A stretch of 42,450 nt of DNA from a virus (lineage: Duplodnaviria > Caudoviricetes), in IMG/VR virus record IMGVR_UViG_3300012921_000049, positions 1-42,450 of that record; one strand, written 5' to 3'. Made by a program: the position numbers and the translations under genes. Below are positions 1-9,100 of this stretch, piece after piece (the first letter of the stretch is position 1; every line of letters starts with the position of its first letter). The notes below the pieces were generated by a model, which saw only the letters and a program-made list of their open reading frames with translations, was not told where the DNA came from and searched no databases.

Positions 1-294
1 ATGAAGAAACAAAAATCGACCATCCCGGGCGTCGCTCAATCTGATATCGATGCGTCATTCGCCGGACCGGCGATATTGGCAAACCGGTTCTTCGTAACAT
101 TTACCAATGCCGGAATGAGAATCGCTTTTACGGAGCAATCGAGCCCAACCGCTCCGGCGGCGTTTCGCACAGCGGCAGTTATGTCCATGCAAGACGGCAT
201 CGCCCTTAAAAACCTTCTCACAGATCTGCTCGCGCCGGTCGAAAAACAGATGCGAGACGAATTAGAGCGCGGCGGCAAAGAGAATCCTGGCTGA
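1..294 (+). CDS. Small hypothetical protein (DUF3467-like pattern)
   Basis: 97-aa ORF with ANRFFV..MRIAF..AAVMS..ALKNLL pattern; lower GC; followed by a terminator hairpin. Confidence 0.65.
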   Translation: MKKQKSTIPGVAQSDIDASFAGPAILANRFFVTFTNAGMRIAFTEQSSPTAPAAFRTAAVMSMQDGIALKNLLTDLLAPVEKQMRDELERGGKENPG

Positions 295-315
295 TGGGGC
301 GACCCTTGTCCTGAC

Positions 316-347
316 AAAAAAAGCCCCGCCGTTTCCAGCGGGGCTTT
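316..347. terminator. Bidirectional rho-independent terminator
   Basis: AAAGCCCCGC-cgtttcca-GCGGGGCTTT stem, A7 on the left and T-rich on the right, between convergent genes. Confidence 0.85.
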
Positions 348-376
348 CTCGTTTCAGCCAGGCGCTAGGCCCAGAC

Positions 377-805
377 TCAGTTCGGGGCTGGTTCGCCGGT
401 CACTGCTTCATGGACTTGATCCGCGGCGAGCCATGCGGCGTTCCACGCCGTGGTACGAGCCCCCTCCTTCGATGGGCGTGGTGCCTTCGGATGGAGGAAA
501 AGATCGACGCTCTTCGTCATCATCTCGAACAAATAATTGAAGGTCTGCTGGGCCTGTGGATGCCAGTCATTCCACTTTTCACCACCAACGGCATGCTTGT
601 TCGAGACCGCCGGCGCGGCATCAAACACAGCGCCAGGCTCGTACTTGGCCAAGGCTTGGGCCGCCAGAATGGCGTGAGCCTCATTGTCGAACAGGCCGGT
701 CGTGCTGGGCCCAACCCCATTGGCACTGGTCGCGTAGCGGGTCACCATGTAGCGGGTCACCGGGCGCACCCGGTATTCGATCTTGGTCTTGATCTTCTTG
801 GTCAT
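377..805 (-). CDS. Hypothetical phage protein
   Basis: 142-aa ORF; GGAGAAGG ribosome-binding site; IEYRVRPVTRY..TRY N-terminus. Confidence 0.75.
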   Translation of the reverse strand: MTKKIKTKIEYRVRPVTRYMVTRYATSANGVGPSTTGLFDNEAHAILAAQALAKYEPGAVFDAAPAVSNKHAVGGEKWNDWHPQAQQTFNYLFEMMTKSVDLFLHPKAPRPSKEGARTTAWNAAWLAADQVHEAVTGEPAPN

Positions 806-817
806 GGCCTTCTCCAG

Positions 818-935
818 CCCCCGCAGGGGCCATGCCGATAGTCGTATCGGCGACGATCAGGGCGATACGCCCGATCTCGTGATCCCATGTTGATTTTTTC
901 GACCTCCAAAGAGGCGGCGAAAATTAACATGGGTC
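818..935. other. Intergenic array of four adjacent hairpins (possible structured RNA or leader)
   Basis: CCCC/GGGG, GCCGATA/TATCGGC, GATC-GGGCG/CGCCC-GATC, and a long CCCATGTT...AACATGGG stem enclosing CCTC/GAGG. Confidence 0.45.
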
Positions 936-947
936 TATCCGGATGAA

Positions 948-1541
948 TTACCGCGCCAGGGCTGGCGCGGATTCCTTGTTACGCGTGCCGAACCACCACA
1001 GCACGCAGGTCGTGGTCAGGTAGAGGATCGTGTCGATGATCCGCTTGATGATGGCGCTCGCCTCCACCACCCCCAGTTTCAGGCCGAATTCATCGATCAG
1101 GCCGCTGGCCTCGTAGTAGATCAGCGTGGTGAGAATGCAGAGATAGACGGTCAACGCGGGCCGAACGCAGCCGCGCACCATGTCGGTGAACGCCATCATC
1201 AGCCAGCCGGCGGCGCCGATCCGGCCACCCGGCGCCCTGATGCCTTCGGTGTAGCGCAGCGGCTCGGAGCGGAAGGACGCGGCGAAGGCCTGGGAGTCCG
1301 CCACGTCGCGCTTGGCATCACCCTCTTCCTGGGCCACCTGCACACGCCCGGCCCATTCCTGCCGCGCACCTTCCAGATTCAGCCGGAGGATATTCTCGTT
1401 GTGGCCATACAGCAGCCGGCTGGCTTCCAGCTTGATCTGCTCGGCCTTGAAATCAGCATAGCGCTGGATCGCCACCCCGAGCAGGCCGGTAAGGCCGCCC
1501 GAGAGAACTGACGACAAGGTGCCGGTGATCAAATCCCACAT
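948..1541 (-). CDS. Putative holin (3-TM, GTA-holin-like)
   Basis: N-terminal hydrophobic helix, coiled region, VRG.VRP.LT motif, C-terminal TM ending WWFGTR; overlaps the putative endolysin gene. Confidence 0.7.
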   Translation of the reverse strand: MWDLITGTLSSVLSGGLTGLLGVAIQRYADFKAEQIKLEASRLLYGHNENILRLNLEGARQEWAGRVQVAQEEGDAKRDVADSQAFAASFRSEPLRYTEGIRAPGGRIGAAGWLMMAFTDMVRGCVRPALTVYLCILTTLIYYEASGLIDEFGLKLGVVEASAIIKRIIDTILYLTTTCVLWWFGTRNKESAPALAR

Positions 1542-1963
1542 GGCAATATCTCCAGTTCAAAGGGCGCGAAGGCCATGGCGGTTTCAAGCGTGGAAATCGC
1601 CGGCGCGGAACGCAGCACAGCCTTCTGTGATTCGATATGGCCCAGCGCCCGGCCGAGCGCGATGCAGCCATTGAGCTGCGCCCGGAAGCCGAGCGCCTTG
1701 TCGCCCATCAGGTTGGCGGCATGGATGCGCACGCCGCTGCGGCCAGGAACCCGATCCACCAGGTACATGAGCCGCTTGAAGGCCGGGCTCCAGGTCCAGA
1801 GGCAGCGATAGAGCCCTGGCGGGATGCAGGAGATGTTTGGCGCGTTGCCGCGATCCGGCAGCTCGCCGGTGAACAGCATGCGGCCATCGGGCAGCACCAG
1901 GCGGCCGAACGTGCCCTGATCGCCGGTTTCCAGGCGCTGCAGGAGCAATCGCGGCGCAGACAT
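1529..1963 (-). CDS. DUF5675-family protein, putative endolysin (L,D-transpeptidase-like His/Cys)
   Basis: TFGRL..ELP..N..SCIPPG.Y..VPGRSG.RIH.AN..GCIALG motifs; lies in lysis context. Confidence 0.8.
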   Translation of the reverse strand: MSAPRLLLQRLETGDQGTFGRLVLPDGRMLFTGELPDRGNAPNISCIPPGLYRCLWTWSPAFKRLMYLVDRVPGRSGVRIHAANLMGDKALGFRAQLNGCIALGRALGHIESQKAVLRSAPAISTLETAMAFAPFELEILPCGI

Positions 1964-1966
1964 GGC

Positions 1967-2164
1967 TCAGCCGAGCGCCAGCGACCACAGCCAGGTGGCC
2001 ACTACCAGCGCCACGCCCAGCACGAACAGCAGCGCCCCGATCACTGCGCAGCCCACCTCATGGCCGCGGCGCAGGAAACGCCAGCGATCACCCGCGATGC
2101 CCAGCGCCATCAGGCCGCAGCCCGCCAGCATGATCACAAGACCTAGATTGCTGAGCGCTTCCAT
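1967..2164 (-). CDS. Small two-TM membrane protein (holin/antiholin-like)
   Basis: 65 aa from ATG 2164, just after the upstream stop; two hydrophobic segments separated by RWRFLRR. Confidence 0.6.
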   Translation of the reverse strand: MEALSNLGLVIMLAGCGLMALGIAGDRWRFLRRGHEVGCAVIGALLFVLGVALVVATWLWSLALG

Positions 2165-2165
2165 C

Positions 2166-2492
2166 TCAGGCGCCCTTGGCCGGCCTGAAGCGCGCCCAAT
2201 CGCCGCCCGAGCCGATCTTGCAAACCGCATCCTGGCCCACCAGCGTGAGCGTGATGGCCCAGCGGCCATGCGAGCCCTGCCAGGTAGTCCACACGTCATC
2301 ATCGCCATCCTGGCGCGCAGAGACGGGCTTCATCTCCAGCGCCTCCAACTGCGCCAGCATCGGCCCGGCATCGGCGCAGAATACCGGCAGGCTGCCATTC
2401 GGCTCAGGCGCCGCAGGCTGCGCCCATGCGCGGGCCGCGACAAAAGCCAAGCCAAGCAACATCACCACACTCATCGCACTACGCTGTCGCAT
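2166..2492 (-). CDS. Exported protein with Sec signal peptide and two Cys
   Basis: AAGGAG RBS before ATG 2492; basic N-terminus, hydrophobic core, AWA|QP cleavage motif. Confidence 0.75.
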   Translation of the reverse strand: MRQRSAMSVVMLLGLAFVAARAWAQPAAPEPNGSLPVFCADAGPMLAQLEALEMKPVSARQDGDDDVWTTWQGSHGRWAITLTLVGQDAVCKIGSGGDWARFRPAKGA

Positions 2493-2514
2493 GGCATGCT
2501 CCTTTGTGGAAAAG

Positions 2515-2853
2515 TTAGAAACCGCGACGCGCGCGGTGATACGGGTCGAGCCAGGGTGCTGCGATGCGAACCCACCAGCGCGCGGCCGGCTGGCGCTGCT
2601 CAAGCCTGGGCAGGTCTTCGGCCACGCTCTCGGCCGCGAGATCGATGACCCACGGCATGGGCCGCAGCATGCGCAACATGCGCTGCACCACCTCGGCCCG
2701 GTATTCGGGCGGCAGCGCCATCAGGATCTGGATGGCCCGCCAGGGCCGCAGTTCGCTCAGCACGACCGCGGTGGCCTGCGGGTAATAGTCGACCAGATAC
2801 TTGGCCGTCACCGGCACCGGCAGGGCGGAGAGCCGCTTGAACGCTGGGCGCAT
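2515..2853 (-). CDS. FliG middle-domain (FliG-M)-like protein
   Basis: AGGAG/GGAG RBS before ATG 2853. F..L.....AKYL..YYPQATAVVLS.L....A..IL..LP.E...EVVQRMLRM matches the FliG E(H/Y)PQT.A.(V/I)LS armadillo-like motif. Confidence 0.75.
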   Translation of the reverse strand: MRPAFKRLSALPVPVTAKYLVDYYPQATAVVLSELRPWRAIQILMALPPEYRAEVVQRMLRMLRPMPWVIDLAAESVAEDLPRLEQRQPAARWWVRIAAPWLDPYHRARRGF

Positions 2854-2864
2854 CGGCTCCGCTC

Positions 2865-3074
2865 CTATCGCTTGGGCCAGCGTTCCCATATCCAAGCCGC
2901 AGCCCCGACCAGCAGCAGCAGCAAGCCGCCGATCTTGAGCAGCGCCCACCAGGCGCCGCGCCCCATATTGGCGGCCGCGATTAGCTGATCGAGCTTGGCG
3001 TCGATCTCCTTCAGCCACGCATCCGTGCCTTCCTGGCGCGTCTCGAGCTTCGCTATGCGCTCTTCCGGTGTCAT
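2865..3074 (-). CDS. Small coiled-coil + TM protein (XhlA/holin-like)
   Basis: ERIAKLE..IDAKLDQL followed by one TM helix; first gene of the lysis cassette. Confidence 0.75.
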   Translation of the reverse strand: MTPEERIAKLETRQEGTDAWLKEIDAKLDQLIAAANMGRGAWWALLKIGGLLLLLVGAAAWIWERWPKR

Positions 3075-3104
3075 CGCGGTCTCCGAATTGTCTGGCCGGC
3101 TGAA

Positions 3105-6100
3105 TTACGGGGTGCCGTAGGCTTCGGCGATGGCCGAGCGTTCCTGGCGGGTCTTCTTCGGTGCGCCGCGATCCCGGGCCCGGGCGCCGATCTGCTCTTC
3201 CTGCACGCGGGCGCGAAGCGTGGTGGAACTGATCATGATGCGGCGCGAGATTGGCGCGGTCTTGTTGTATTCCGCGATCTCGAGCCGAACCGCGTTGATC
3301 GCCTCATAGGCTTCCCTCTTCTTCACCGGATCCTGCTCCACCAGCATCTCGGCATAGAGCCGGGCCAGCTTACCCGTGTAGCCGGCCTGCATGCCGGCCA
3401 CGGCGCGGGATTCGCGCTGCTGGGCGTATTCGGACTCGCGCCGGTTCGCGATATCGGCGCTGGTGAACCCGACCGCCTTCATGGCCACATCGGCCGCGCC
3501 GATCTCACTCGCGGGGATCACGACCTTGCCGGTCTGCTGCGAGCGGATGCCAGAGTTACTCCAGGCCACGGCCTGCATGGGGTTGCGCAGGAACTGCGGC
3601 ATGAATTCCGACGCCGCCAGTAAGGCGTCGCCTCGCTTCAGGTTATTGGCGGCGCGCTGCAGGCGGCCCAGCGTGAGCTCACCCGGCACACCGATGCTGT
3701 CCGCCAGGCTGTCGGGCGCGATCTGCCCCATGCCGATGCGGCCCGACAGATCAATCCCGGCGGCGCGCGGCAAGCCCTTCACGATGGCCTCGGCGATCAG
3801 CGGTGAGCCGGTGAGCCGGGTCATGCCGCGCCGAATCTCGGTCTCGATATCGAGGTCGCGATCCGTGCCAAACTTGTAGATCCGCTCGGCCCAATCCTTC
3901 ATGTCTGATCCGGCCGGGATGCCGAACAGGCCGCCAAACGCCACCAGCATGGCGGCAATGCCAGCAAAGGCCAGCCGGCCCTCGGGGCCGCCATTCTGGG
4001 TCAGGCGCCAGAACAACTCCAGCATCTGCATGGTGAAGCCTTTGAACTGCAGCAGCCATGACCCAACGCCGCGCATGGCCTCTGGCCGGTTGATCTTGCC
4101 CATCCGCAGGTGGGTCTCATCGATCACCCAATCCGCCAGGCCGGCCGGTGTCTGGTATTTTTCATCGCCAGCATACAGGGGATCACGGCCATAGACGGTC
4201 TTGGCCCGCGCCATGACGGACTTGTCCTGGCCGAGCCGGTAAGTGGCGACAAAGGTGGCTAGCCGATTGAAGCGCTCAGCCGCAGTGAAGACCGAAGCCG
4301 CGACCTCGGCAGCGGCGCGCAGCTTGTCATCCACGCCGCGCAGCGCCTTGTTCCGGCCCTGGGCGGTGGCCATCTGCTCGTAGGTCTGCTGCGGCACCAC
4401 GAAGCCCTCTTCCCAGGCCGCCCGCAGCGCGTCCCGCACATCGCTCGGCGCTTTCTCGATATCGAAAATCTCGACGCCCTTCTCGCGGATGCTGAGCATC
4501 TTCATCACGTCGGCGCTTGCCCGGATCAGTTCGGCATTGGCCCGCCCCATGCCGGCGATCTGCGCCAGATACGGCATCGAGATCAGCGGCACCTGGGTCA
4601 CGTTGACCAGGGCCGACGAGATGTTACCCGCCAGATAGTAGAAGAACGTGATGGCACGCGCCTTCTGCCACTCCTCCTGGGGGGAATTGACATAGTCCCG
4701 GTACCGGGCCGCGTAGAGGCGCAGCTTGGCCTGGATCGGGGGGATGGCCTTCAGCGCATCATCGAACTCCCGGCCCGTGGCGCGGCGCGAGAGATAGCCC
4801 GACAGGCCCACGATGTAATCCGCCAGGCCGCGCTCGAAATCGACCGAGTAGCCCGCGGTGTTCTTGGCGCCGAAGAAATGCTTGTTGAAGCTGCGGGCCC
4901 GCAGGGCGGCATCGATCGCGTCACGCACTTGGGCATAACTGTCCTGATCCGCGCCACCGGAAGCCGCCAGCACGTCGATATCTTGCAGCGACACACCGGC
5001 CCGCTCCATGGCGGCCGGGGCGATCTCGAACGGACCCGACACCTTGTGGCCGGGATACTTGGCCCGCACCGCCGCGACCCGGCGCGCGATGCGGCCCGAG
5101 GCCAGGCTGCGGTTCGCGCGGCGCCAGAACGGGCCATCGGTTTCCAGCTTCTCAAAGTGGACCACTTCGCCATCTTTGTTCTTCACCACCAGGCCCATAT
5201 CGCCGTAGCGCATGAACGGCACATACCCGGTTCGCTTCGCGTTGGCGATCTCATCCAGGATCTGGGCCGTCTCGTTGCGATGCTGCGCTTCGATCTCCGG
5301 CATGTCGGCCCGGATCGAGGCCCGCATGGCATCGGCCGAGCCTGGCCCGCCCGGGCCGCCATATCCGCGCTCGTCCAGCACGGCTTCCTGGAGCAGGTCC
5401 AGCGCCTTATCCATGGTGGCCCGCACGGAGCGATATGCCTCACCTTCTTCCGGGCTCAGCGTGATGCGTTCGCCGAACCGGCTCAACTCGGTATCGCCGT
5501 GCCGGTTCACCGCCCCGATGGTGGGCCCGTCATAGGTTTCATTCTGCAGGCGGCCCAATTCCAGCACGGCATCGACCCGGGTCCGGGCCTGGGGACCGAG
5601 CGATTGATAGGGCTTGAGCAGGCTGGACAGCTGCGCCGCGGTGGCATCCCGGAGTTGGAGCTGCGCCGTGGCGGCGCGCCAGACCCGGGTGAAGGCCGGG
5701 AAGGTGCTGGCCAGCATGCGGGGGTGCAGGGCGAAGCGTTCCGCCCAGGTCAGGTCGCGGGTCAGCGGCAGGCGCGGCGCGGCGCGCCAATCCTTGAACG
5801 AAGCCAGGGCGGCATCGAGGATCGATTGCTTCTCGGTGCTGAGCGGCTCGGCCAGCGGCACCGGCTTGGCGCGCTGCTGTTTGACGCCTGCGGCTGCGGC
5901 GGGAGTATCGGCGCTGAGAAGTGTTAATTCGCCAAGCACCTTACCCATCTCGGCAACAATTTTCTCGCGGCCACGCTGTATAGCGGTGTCCTGGCTGAAC
6001 GGACCAGCCGTATCATAGACATCTACCAATCGCGCCCCATTGTCGGCTCGCTTCAAGTACCAAGTTTTGCCAGAATTGCTCTGGTTGGCCGTGATATTGC

Positions 6101-9100
6101 CCGCACGGACCTGAGTATCAAAATCGCCCAGGCGTTCGGAGAGGCGCTGATAAAACTCAGAGAGTCTCTTGGATTCCTTATTATTCGCCCTGGTCGCCTG
6201 AGCTTTCGCGACGCGGGAAACTACGGACGGAAGCTCCTTGCCGGACCGCTTCGCAAGCCAAGCAATGGCGTCTTTCCAATCTCCAGAATGTGCATCCTGG
6301 TGCAGGCTGCCCTCGGGCGAGACCTCAAAATCGGCTTCTCCGTGCTGCATCTTGTAGGAGGGCGGCAATGCGTGGTCCGAGACCCGGATCTTGAGCGTTT
6401 CCCAATCCACCGTATCGCCATCCTCGTCGAATGCGATTGGCCTCACCAACTCTATGTAATGGGAATGCGACAGGTTCGAACCGAATTTGCGATCGACCGA
6501 CCAACCAGATTGTTCAGCATATTTCGCGATCAGCTCGGCGGCTCGATAAATTTCACCGCCCCGCTGCGCCATAACGTCCATGGCGGACTCCCGAGGCTGC
6601 TCGTCATCCAGCGGGAATTCCGATTTCGCGACCCGGCCCGTCTCGATCTGGCGGAACACATCGGCCCAGGTCGGGGTGCGGCCGAACGCCTTGGTCAGGA
6701 TGGCCCGCAGCTCAGCCAGGAATTCCTTGATCTTGGCAAACACCGCCGCCACGCCCCGGGCCGGCGCGGCGCCGCGCGACGCGAATTCCTCCGCCACGGC
6801 TTCCTCGAGCCGGGCCTCTTGGCTGAGGTCGGGATACCGCGCCGCGATGCCGTGCTTCTCGATCCAGCCCTGTTCGGCCGCGGCCCGCTCCAGCACGGCC
6901 CAGCGGGCCTGATCCAGCAGGCCGGTCTCGCGCAAGACATGGATCGCCTCGTGCCGGGCCGTGGCAAGTGGATCGGGGGCGGTCAGGCTCAGCGCGACTA
7001 GATTCTCGATCGGGGCAAAGGCGCCCGATACGCCGGTCGTAGAACCGTCCGGGCCACGGCCCAGGAGGCGATCCGCCACTTCGACCCGCAGGCCTGGCCG
7101 GCCCGTCATGCGGGCAAGCGCGCCACCGGTCAGCCGCGCCACGCTCTCGCGCTTCGCCTGCCATTCCGGCGCCAGGCTATACTCGCCGCTCAGGTCTGGC
7201 GCCAAAACCCGCCGCACCGGCCCAGAAGCGATATTGTCGCCCGGGCGAAACTCGGCTATGCTCCAGACGTCGTCGGGGCGGCCATTCCAAGGCGTTAGGC
7301 GCTCGGCCTTCACGGTTGAGCCACCCTCGGGGCCCTGAGCCCTCGGCCCGGCGGCGTCATCCCAGCGGTTCAAGGAGTAATGGAACGTGCCATCCGGCAG
7401 TTCCCGAACCGTGACCACCACATCCACCGGCGTTTCACCGATCATCACCCGGGCCGCGTATTTGTGCCACGCCTTGATGCGATCCGCGCCATCCCGGTCC
7501 GGCTCGGAGCCGATCAGCACGCCCTTCTCCAGCACGGCCGGGATGGCCGGGATGGCGCGGGCCAGGTGCTCGCCGATCCGGCCTGTGCTTTTCCGCGTGC
7601 CGCGATTGTCGAAGCCGATCGTGCGGCCATCGCTGGCCGTCACGCGCGTGCCGATCAGATTGGCGGCGTACCAGGTGCGGGCCTGTTCCAGGAGGCCGCG
7701 CAGATCCTCGGCCGGCGCTCCGAGTTCAGTGCCGGTCAGCCTGGCCGCGACCGGGAGATCATCACCGGTCTTGATCTCGGGCTGGCCGGACTGGCCTTCG
7801 CGCTGGAACAGCGGCACACCCTGCAGCACGGCGTCACGCATGGCCGGCGTGATCTCCATGGCATGGGCCTGAACGGTGCCGCCCGGCTCGTGGGTTATCC
7901 GAACCCCGCCATTCTCTTCCGCCCAGGCATCGGCCTCAGCTCTGGTCTTGAACTCGGCCTCGATCACCCCGCTTGGGTCGGTGTCGTCCCTCGCCTTCCA
8001 GGGCCTTGGATCCGGTGCCCCGGCGCTCACCTCGGCGCGGTTCACGCCCGCGCCGAAGCGCTTGCCCCACTTCGCCGCGTAGGCGGGGAGTATCTTGTCG
8101 TAGAAGCCCCGCATCCCATCGCCGCCGACCTTGAGATCGACTCCACCCAGCCTGGTGTAGCCGGTCTGAGAATCGATACTGCCCTCGTCATCGGAAATCT
8201 TCTTGGCCAGATCCTTGCCGAGAATCCCCTCGACATCACCGACCGGCGTGTTGGCGCGGGAAAAAACATTCCTCAGCATGCCATCACCAACGCGCCTGTA
8301 GGCGTTGATGCTCACCGTCTCGCCGTTGGCGGATTTGGCATAGTCGATCGCATTGATCTGCTTGCTCAGATCATATCGATCGGCCTGCTGGTCGCCGGTG
8401 GTCCACGCGATCCGGTCAAAGCCATTCTCGGCGGCCCAGCGTACGGCGCGGCGGAACGCGGCTTCGTGCCAGGTGGATTTCAGCGGCGCGTCCGGTACTG
8501 AGGCCGTTGCCCCCATCCAGGCCCGCATGGCTTCCCGCGTAGCCTGCTCGGCCTCGGCATAGCCCGGGGCATCGGTGCGCGTCTTGGCCTGCGCCTCAAT
8601 GGCTGCATCATAGGCAGCCTTCAGCTTGGCCTCATCGCTCCTATAACCCTTTTTCCGCCCCGCCTGGTGCCAGTCGGACTGAATCTCCTCGATGAAGAGG
8701 ACGCGCCGGCCATCGGCATCGGTGCGCTCGTTGAAGCGGATATGGGCGAGGATGTTCGGCGTATCGAAATGCCCGCTCACGAACTGCGCCGGCCGCCCCG
8801 AGGCCTGAGCATTCATCTCTTCGACGCGGCGACGCGCGTCTCCATAGTTGCCCGCGAACTGGCGCGAGCCAGTTTCTTGATCCACGATATAGGTACCGGG
8901 TCCATCCCCTTCGACCCGGTACCGCTTAGTGGTTTTCTTCTCCGGCATGGTCAGCAATAGCTCGCGGTATTCCTTCCCGCCGGGCAGCGTGTAGGAGTCG
9001 AAAAGCGATGGTCGCTGGCCAGCGGTTTTCCGATAAGCGGATCGCTCATCCTCGCTCATCCGCCGCCAGAGCTTTTCGCTCAACTCGTGATACTCACGCA

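Noticed and set aside
295-376. Prophage attachment site at the left end
   Set aside because: No tRNA fragment, integrase or second copy of a core sequence in the window; only a terminator is evident.
818-935. tRNA or retron msr-msd
   Set aside because: No T-loop or D-loop consensus or CCA end, and no reverse transcriptase in the window.
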